From positions 1 to 33,064 of the forward strand of contig NIVC01004859.1 in NCBI GenBank assembly GCA_002269645.1: 33,064 nucleotides of DNA, written 5' to 3'. The DNA is from Macrostomum lignano (Eukaryota). Positions 25,493 through 33,064 of this stretch are shown piece after piece. The position numbers and the translations under genes are program-made. The notes beneath the pieces are model-generated. The model was not told where the DNA came from, searched no databases, and saw only the letters and a list, made by a program, of their open reading frames with translations. How positions within the stretch are numbered: the stretch's first letter is position 1; the number at the start of each line of letters is the position of its first letter.

Positions 25493-26940
25493 TTGGTAAA
25501 GCAAACAAGAGGTCCGGAAGCAGGCAGTCAGGTTTCGCTCCAACGAGAGCCGAATTCAGTTTTGAACGGCTGCTGGGTGTGAAGAAGTGATATTTAAAAA
25601 TTCACATAAAATTTCATTCAGGAACTCACAGAAGGCGCAGATGTTGCTGAAGAAGGTCATGTCATGGTCATGCTGAGGTCGAGGTCGCCGTCCAACAGGT
25701 AGGTCCACATGTTGCTGCCTGAGCCGCCAGGTGAGCAGCTGAAGGTCAGGAGGCCGAAGGCCAGCGCGTTCGGCACCGGCAGGTCGGGGAACTGGGCAAG
25801 GGCGAGCAGCAGCAGCTGGCCCACTGCCAGGCCGAGCTGGAAAAGCGGGTGGGTAGACAATTTCTGCTAAATGTTGGCTTCTGGGAGTCTGAGAAATTTC
25901 TTTGCAATTCAGCTGAGCAAACTGAGAAGCTCAAAGCAGGTGTCGAGCTCTTATTGCGCGCTTCACTTCATTCTTGGTTACAAAATCCAGGCCCGCTGTT
26001 TTCCCGAGTTTCTACCGAATTTATGCTCACGTGCGGCATGAGCAGGAACTGGCACGCCCACCCGATGCTGAGGGCCACCGGCCGCTTCACCAGCCGCAGC
26101 ACCACGCGCAAGTCGATGTTGGCGCCCATGCAGAACACGATGGCCACCACGAAGAGGATCAGCAGCACCCGGTAGGCGATGTCCAGCGGACCCGACGGCT
26201 GCAGGACGGTGAGCTGCAGCCGGCCCGACGCCGCCCCGTCCGTGCAGCTGAGGTCCGTCCAGCCGAACTTGTGCCCCATCAGCTGCATGGAGACGGTCCA
26301 GTTTCCCTCGCCGACAGCCGACCAGTTGGCCGCCGACTGCAGGCTGGCGATGCTGGAGTCGGCGACCGAGCAGTTGAGGCCGCCTGCGGCAGCGTCCACG
26401 GAGCTGGCGGAGATGTTGGCCAGCAGCGCGGAGCCGACGTCCAGGACGAGCGGCGTCGGCTGTGATCTGAGTTGCATTGCGCAGAGTTTCCCGCTGCTAG
26501 AAGAGACTCCGATAAGAATTTCTTTCTCAGCGGGTTCCACACTGCTCAGGCGCTAAAAGTGCAGCTCCTAGGCGGCCATGAGAGAGGAGACTATATAGCT
26601 TATGCAGCCTGCGGCATCTGCCAGCCCATCTTAGACCGGGCAGGCCGGATCGGACTGCAGTGCAGAAGAGAGCAGCTCAGGAAAGTTGCGCTAGAAAGCA
26701 GAGCCAGAAAGTATTTTTCAAATAATTTTATTCCCGACCAAGCAGCTGATAAAGCCCGACGGGCTCCGACTTTCAAATCTCTGACCCGGGCTAACAGGCA
26801 AACAGAACGACTGATAACAGATATACGAGCTACATATGTAAGCGCATTGTCTGCGGGTGCTACTGTCAGTAAGCAGATCGGACAGAGCAGATTCAATCAG
26901 TTTCAAACTGGAGTCTTCTGCTGATAACCCAGACGCAAAG

Positions 26941-28674
26941 TCAGGTTGCCATGGTAGCGGCCCGCCTCAGCGCGCTGGTCACCGGGTGCGGATCTGCGGG
27001 CAGCCGTGCCCGCGACCGGCTCAGCCGCTGCAGCGGTGTCGCCTCCAGCGAAGGCGGGTGGAAGCTGAGGCCCAGCAGCGGGGCGGACGTCGCCGCCTCT
27101 GCCGGCCGCCGCAGCAGGCCGATGGAGAAGTCGCGCGGCCGCGGCGGCGGCGGTCCGGGCAGCCAGCAAGCGCCGGCGGTCACACCGCGCTGCCGGACGC
27201 ACTGACGGCCCCGACTGTCGATGTCAAAATTGTCGCCATCTGGCGAAGTGTCGACCGAGACTTGCGGCAGGGGCTGCGACGAGGCGAAGCGGCGGGTCGC
27301 GGACGCGGCGGCGGTGAACGGCGTCGGGAGCGGCTCCGCTTCGGCCGCCGCTTCCGCCGTGTCGGCTGTCGGCACCAGCGGCTCCGGTGGCTGCCAACCT
27401 TGACGTCGACGGCGGCGGGGCGCCGTTTTCTCTGCGGCTGCGGCAGAACCAGGGCCGCTGCCAGGGCCGCTGCCAGGAGGGTGCGGAATTCGAGTTTTAG
27501 CGAGAGATCCTTTACCCCCTCTAACTCACCATCCACCTGCACTCACCCTCACCTGCACTCACCCTCCACCTGCACTCACCATCCACCTGCACTCACCCTC
27601 ACCTGCACTCACCCTCCACCTGCACTCACCCTCTACCTGCACTCACCCTCCACCTGCACTCACCCTCCACCTGCACTCACCCTCCACCTGCACTCACCCT
27701 CTACCTGCACTCACCATCCACCTGCACTCACCCTCCACCTGCACTCACCCTCTACCTGCACTCACCCTCCACCTGCACTCACCCTCTACCTGCACTCACC
27801 ATCCACCTGCACTCACCCTCCACCTGCACTCACCCTCTACCTGCACTCACCCTCACCTGCACTCACCCTCACCTGCACTCACCCTCCACCTGCACTCACC
27901 CTCCACCTGCACTCACCCTCCACCTGCACTCACCCTCCACCTGTACTCACCCTCCACCTGCACTCACCCTCCACCTGCACTCACCCTCACCTGCACTCAC
28001 CCTCCACCTGCACTCACCCTCCACCTGCACTCACCCTCCACCTGCACTCACCCTCCACCTGTACTCACCATCCACCTGCACTCACCCTCCACCTGTACTC
28101 ACCCTCCACCTGCACTCACCCTCCACCTGCACTCACCCTCCACCTGTACTCACCCTCCACCTGCACTCACCCTCCACCTGCACTCACCCTCCACCTGCAC
28201 TTACCCTCCACCTGCACTCACCCTCCACCTGTACTCACCCTCCACCTGCACTCACCCTCCACCTGCACTCACCCTCCACCTGCACTCACCCTCCACCTGC
28301 ACTCACCCTCCACCTGTACTCACCCTCCACCTGCACTCACCCTCCACCTGCACTCACCCTCCACCTGCACTCACCCTCCACCTGCACTCACCCTCCACCT
28401 GCACTCACCCTCCACCTGCACTCACCCTCCATCTGTCGCTGCAGTCGCTGCCGCAGCTGGCAAGTTCCCGGCTCATCTTCAGCCGCATCAACAGCGCTCC
28501 CGCCGAACAGCGGGCAGACGAGACCATCAATGTCGGCAAAGCTGACGAAGGCCTCCTGGCGGTGCGCCAGCAGGTCCAGCTCGCTCCCAGCTGCCAGGTG
28601 TTGCTCGAGTAGGTGCAGGCCACACCTGCCGCCGCCGGACCAGCTGCCGTACCAGATTCCGCTCTGGCTGCATC
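26941..28674 (-). CDS. Unidentified gene, last two visible exons (about 28426-28674 and 26941-27520), low-complexity Ala/Pro/Ser-rich
   Basis: The minus frame reads SGIWYGSWSGGGRCGLHLLEQHLAAGSELDLLAHRQEAFVSFADIDGLV...RQRLQRQME up to a GTGAGT donor. It resumes as GVKDLSLKLEFRTLLAAALAAALVLPQ, with a probable 1-bp deletion near 27398, then WQPPEPLVPTADTAE...TMAT-stop at 26941. The plus-strand Arg-rich ORF looks like the antisense shadow. Boundaries are uncertain and no family was recognised. Confidence 0.45.
27525..28435. repeat. 17-bp minisatellite (CTCACCCTCCACCTGCA), filling a putative intron
   Basis: About 53 units. The minus-strand unit is TGCAGGTGGAGGGTGAG. Confidence 0.97.
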
Positions 28675-29154
28675 CTGATCACTTTCCACTTTCTGTTCAG
28701 ACCGCAGAGTCTCTGAGAATCTGCTTTCCCAAGCCAGGGTTGAAGGGGCTGCAGCAGCGGAGATCCGGCCGTCCCAGTGCGATTTATAGCTGTTGACTTT
28801 CTCTGCGCCTGGCGGAGTCTCCCAGCTGCCCCTCACGTGAGCACACCGCCATATTTACCCAACAGGCCCAGCAGTCGGGCAGGCAAAAGCCGTGTAGACA
28901 CCCCCCACCCCCATTGACAGCCACTCCTTGCCACCGCTTCCCCTGTGTTTGCCGATGCGCGCGCCCAGCCAGTAATAGACTCTGTGCTCAACAATGCCGC
29001 CTGCATGAGTAGCTGCAGACTGGGAGGCCATTGCAGGCCTCATCTCATTCATCATTCACTTGCAGAGTCCAAGGCTGGGCCGCGGCAGAACAAGCCAAGG
29101 AATTTGCAAATCATGCAATTAAGCCTGCATTGCAACTCCGACTGGGTGCACGTC

Positions 29155-29335
29155 AGACACTCATGCCAGTGAGCACCAGACACTCATGCCAGTGAGCACC
29201 AGACACTCATGCCAGTGAGCATCAGACACTCATGCCAGTGAGCACCAGACACTCATGCCAGTGAGCACCAGACACTCATGCCAGTGAGCACCAGACACTC
29301 ATGCCAGTTAGCATCAGACACTCATGCCAGTGAGC
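29155..29335. repeat. 23-bp minisatellite (AGACACTCATGCCAGTGAGCACC)
   Basis: About 8 units. Confidence 0.95.
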
Positions 29336-29369
29336 GGGTTGGGTGAGCTGCAGCTACTCCAGAAGTGAG

Positions 29370-30020
29370 CCTCCCTGCCGCACTGGGTCCTGCCCTCCCA
29401 GCTGCACTGGGTCCTGCCCTCCCAGCTGCACTGGGTCCTGCCCTCCCAGCTGCACTGGGTCCTGCCCTCCCAGCTGCACTGGGTCCTGCCCTCCCAGCTG
29501 CACTGGGTCCTGCCCTCCCAGCTGCACTGGGTCCTGCCCTCCCAGCTGCACTGGGTCCTGCCCTCTCTGCTGCACTGGGTCCTGCCCTCCCTGCTGCACT
29601 GGGTCCTGCCCTCTCTGCCGCACTGGGTCCTGCCCTACCTGCTGCACTGGGTCCTGCCCTCCCTGCCGCACTGGGTCCTGCCCTCTCTGCCGCACTGGGT
29701 CCTGCCCTACCTGCTGCACTGGGTCCTGCCCTCCCTGCCGCACTGGGTCCTGCCCTCCCTGCTGCACTGGGTCCTGCCCCCCTGCCGCACTGGGTCCTGC
29801 CCTCCCTGCCGCACAGGGTCCTGCCCTCCCTGCCGCACTGGGTCCTGCCCTCCCTGCCGCACTGGGTCCTGCCCTCCCTGCCGCACTGGGTCCTGCCCTC
29901 CCAGCTGCACTGGGTCCTGCCCTCCCTGCCGCACTGGGTCCTGCCCTCCCTGCCGCACTGGGTCCTGCCCTCTCCGCCGCACTGGGTCCTGCCCTCCCTG
30001 CCGCACTGGGTCCTGCCCCA
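29370..30020. repeat. 24-bp minisatellite (CTGCACTGGGTCCTGCCCTCCCAG-like)
   Basis: About 27 units with variant blocks. Confidence 0.96.
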
Positions 30021-31504
30021 CCAGTTGGCAAAGGTTGAGATAATCGATATTGATCTTTAACGCAAAAAAATCAGGGAAGGCGGAATCCTGATTTGCACTA
30101 AATATTGAGTATTACTGACTGACATTATTAGTAAAAAGTTCTGGCTAATATATTTGCGTACCCGAGCAGCAGCCGCTGGCCCAGACTGCGGGTGTACAAC
30201 TGTGAATACTTGGGGTCAAAATTAGTATAACAAATAGAATTAAAAAACCAGCGAGATTTTCCATGTGCGAGGCTGATGCGGGACTCTTAGGGGGTGAACA
30301 GCAGAGACTCCCCAGGCCTGGTCCTTAGCTAAGAAAAAACGGTGACAAAAAAGGTCAGAACTAACAAACAGGTCTCAAGTTAATATCTGATCTATCTGAT
30401 CTGATCTATGATCTATCGCAGCAGTATGTCCTGTCACTGACAAGTACAGCAGTCAGTGCTCAGTAACTGTGAGCTGTTAGTGCTTGAAAACAGGGCTAGG
30501 CATATGGGCAGCAGGCACTAACAGTGAGCGACACGCATTTGCAGTAAGGCTGAAGCTGGGGGCCGAATGCGGTGAAATATATCAGTTGCTAAAGCCGGCT
30601 TTCAAAGTAAAACAACAAAATGAAAACAAACAAAACTCAAATCACAGGCCGAAACGGTAAAGGACAAGGCTGGGGGGTTCTCCGAGGCACTTGGGTTCGC
30701 TTCTCAATATCTATCAATAGCGGGCACAGGTGTACAGGTGTTCGGATGCGATGGCTAATACTGTGTCGATACAAAAACAAACAGCGAAACAAAAATCGCT
30801 GCTCACTACTGCCCAGCATACTGCAGTAATATTATTAGTAAATACTTATACTCGTAATATTTTATCGTAGAAGATTAAATATCGGCAAAAAACGGGCGGA
30901 CCGACTGCTCGATCCAGCGGCTGACAGGCCGCATAGCAACCAGTTAGTTGACCTTGGACACCGATTCAGAACCCATTACAGGTGGCTATAATTAGCAGCA
31001 TTACTTTGGTTGCTAAGCGGTTGCCAGGCAGTCGAAAGCGGTCAGCAAGCGCGCGAATTGATCCAAAAAAGCAGAATATCAAAATTAATGTCGCCAGGTC
31101 AGCCAGGTGGGGGGCATGCAGAAGTGACGGCCAGGTGAGATTACTGACAAATAAAAGTCAGGGAAAGAAGCTGAGGATGCCGGATGGAGATGAGGGCCGG
31201 GCGGGCAGCTGAGCTCGCAGCGGTGAAAGCAGAAAAAAGCAGCAGAACACGCAGTCCGTGGTGTCGGTACAGGCAAAAAACTTCAGCTAATAAAAGAAGC
31301 AACACAGTCGAAAGCGTTCGCAGATTGCGGGAAGAAAAGTCGCTGATGAAGGGAGGCGCGGATGCTGGGGAAGGCCGGACTTAGCTAGTTATTGTCACTA
31401 GATATTGATAGATTGGATTTATCTCTAAATATAGACTTACAGAGCAGTAAGCTGATAAAATCGCTAGCAAGTGAGTTCACACAGAGTCCGCGGGATCACA
31501 GAGA

Positions 31505-33064
31505 TCACGTGACATTAATGCGGAAGGGCGAGCCGGGCACGTGCTCGTCGCCCCACTTGATGGTGAGCAGGTGCACGCCGGCGAGGTGACCTGGTAGCGC
31601 ACCGTGTAGCGGCCGGCGCTCTCGTGCTGCACCCGGACACTGTCCGAGCTGTCGGCCGGGCCAGGATGCCCACCAGCAGCATGTCGTAGCCGGCCCGGCT
31701 GGCGTCCACCGAGAAGCTCATCTCCTGGTTGGCCACGGCCTGGCGCAGGGCGTCGCCGCGGCAGATGACCCGCTCGGGGTAGGCGGCCTGCTTCGGCCGC
31801 GTCTCCACCAGCAGGGCGGAGTGGGCGAGCAGCTCCGACTCCTCGGCCGACGGCTCCGCCTCGCCGGTCACGTGGGCGGTGAACGGGGAGCCTGAGGGGG
31901 GAGGGGCGGGGCTTGTAGCTATGAGTAGAATGGATAACTGGGGAGTAGAACAGGAGACTGGGGAGTAGAACAGGAGACTGGGGAGTAGAACAGGAGACTG
32001 GGCAGTAGAACGGGAGACTGGGGAGTAGAACGGGAGACTGGGGAGTAGAACAGGAGACTGGGGAGTAGAACAAGAGACTGGGGAGTAGAACGGGAGACTG
32101 GGGAGTAGAACGGTAGACTGGGAGTAGAACAGGAGACTGGGGAGTAGAACAGGAGACTGGGGAGTAGAACGGGAGACTGGGGAGTAGAACGGGAGACTGG
32201 GGAGTAGAACAGGAGACTGGGGAGTAGAACAGGAGACTGGGGAGTAGAACGGGAGACTGGGGAGTAGAACGGAGACTGGGGAGTAGAACAGGAGACTGGG
32301 GAGTAGAACAGGAGACTGGGGAGTAGAACAGGAGACTGGGGAGTAGAACAGGAGACTGGGGAGTAGAACGGTAGACTGGGGAGTAGAACAGGAGATTGGG
32401 GAGTAGAACGGTAGACTGAGGAGTAGAACAGGAGCAGACGCGGACCGCAGCAGTCAGGCTCAAGGCACTCACCGACGATGTGGAAGTTGCCGCCGTATTT
32501 GATGGTGATGACGTACTCGCCCGGCGCGGAGGGCAGGTAGGTGAACTCGTAGCCGTTCTCGCGCTCGTGGCAGTTCAGCTGCACTTTGCTGGCCCGTCCA
32601 CCGTGACGGCGAGGGCGCCGCTGCCCGCGTTGGCCGTGTGCACCAGGAACTTGGCCCGCTGGCCGACCCGGCCGCGGTGCAGGCCTTCGCCCTCCGCCCG
32701 GACAGCGCCGGGGTCGGCGGCCCCGGCAGCCAGCGACCCGGACACCAGGATGCGGAACGGCGAGCCCTCGCTCCGGGCACCTCCACCATGTGCGAGCCGG
32801 TCTCCTTCGGCGTGAATCGAACCACGGCTGGTCCGTGCCGGGGATCTCCTGCACCGGCGCCTCCGTGCGGGCACCCGACGGCGCCGTGATCACTGCGACG
32901 GTGTTCGTGGCACGCCGCGCAGGGTGAGCGCCGCCGGCTGGCGACGCCCTCGAACGGGGAGGTGCCGGCGCCGCCGCGCGAAGTGGCGCCGCCGCCGGGT
33001 GACGGGACGTGGAAAGGCGAGCCGGTCACGTGACGGCCATCGAATTTCACGGAGACGGTGTAGT
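31505..33064 (-). CDS. FLN: Filamin, C-terminal Ig-like repeats (equivalent to about repeats 21-24); upstream exons lie beyond the window end
   Basis: Exons are 32473-33064 (partial) and 31505-31891. Peptides include VSVKFDGRHVTGSPF, DPGAVRAEGEGLHRGRVGQRAKFLVHTANAGSGALAVTVDGP, YEFTYLPSAPGEYVITIKYGGNFHIVG|SPFTAHVTG, FSVDASRAGYDMLLVG and GVHLLTIKWGDEHVPGSPFRINVT-stop, matching the filamin dimerisation repeat. There are several single-base frameshifts. Confidence 0.93.
31923..32435. repeat. 20-bp minisatellite (GGGGAGTAGAACAGGAGACT), in filamin intron
   Basis: About 25 units inside the intron 31892-32472. Confidence 0.96.

Larger units (their letters stand above)
24124..26493 (-). pseudogene. 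SLC10-family transporter, copy C, carrying a 5-bp frameshifting duplication in its second visible exon
   Basis: Exons are 26031-26493 (463), 25630-25836 (207 versus 202 in A and B), 24944-25198 (255) and 24124-24614. An extra GTCAT at ~25656-25660 gives DLSMTMT-stop. It may be an assembly error, in which case the gene is intact. Confidence 0.6.

Noticed and set aside
26857-28545. 562-aa plus-strand ORF
   Set aside because: The first part is an Arg/Gly-rich antisense shadow of a minus-strand frame and the rest is the 17-bp satellite.
28832-28841. Palindrome CTCACGTGAG (donor motif on both strands, E-box core)
   Set aside because: A 10-bp palindrome is expected by chance in 33 kb, and I could not attach a consistent exon to it.
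29343-30060. PAALGPAL / CTGSCPP repeat proteins
   Set aside because: A 24-bp satellite open in several frames, with no supported flanking exons.

Overview
This window is eukaryotic (metazoan) genomic DNA, not prokaryotic. It has GC-rich exons, GT-AG introns with gtgag/gtaag donors, AT-rich intergenic DNA, and many introns filled with tandem repeats. The style suggests a Macrostomum-like flatworm long-read assembly, but that is an inference only. Nearly all genes lie on the minus strand. From left to right they are: the 5' part of an ankyrin+LRR (LRRK/Roco-like) gene; two tandem SDR (retinol dehydrogenase-like) paralogs; an intronless 353-aa ORF of unclear family; three tandem SLC10 (Na+/bile-acid symporter family) copies; an unidentified low-complexity gene; and the 3' end of filamin. 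Mobile DNA comprises an 854-bp foldback/MITE-like element with 343-bp inverted arms, a tRNA-headed SINE with a CORE-like central block, and a second tRNA-like head. Most long ORFs in the six-frame track are artefacts of satellites or antisense shadows. Several single-base homopolymer frameshifts look like uncorrected sequencing errors. I found no system I can claim as definitively new. The best leads are the possible KH plus dead prolyl-hydroxylase protein, the mosaic SLC10 cluster with copy-specific intronic satellites, a satellite built from splice-site motifs, the foldback element, and a hidden plus-strand gene candidate.
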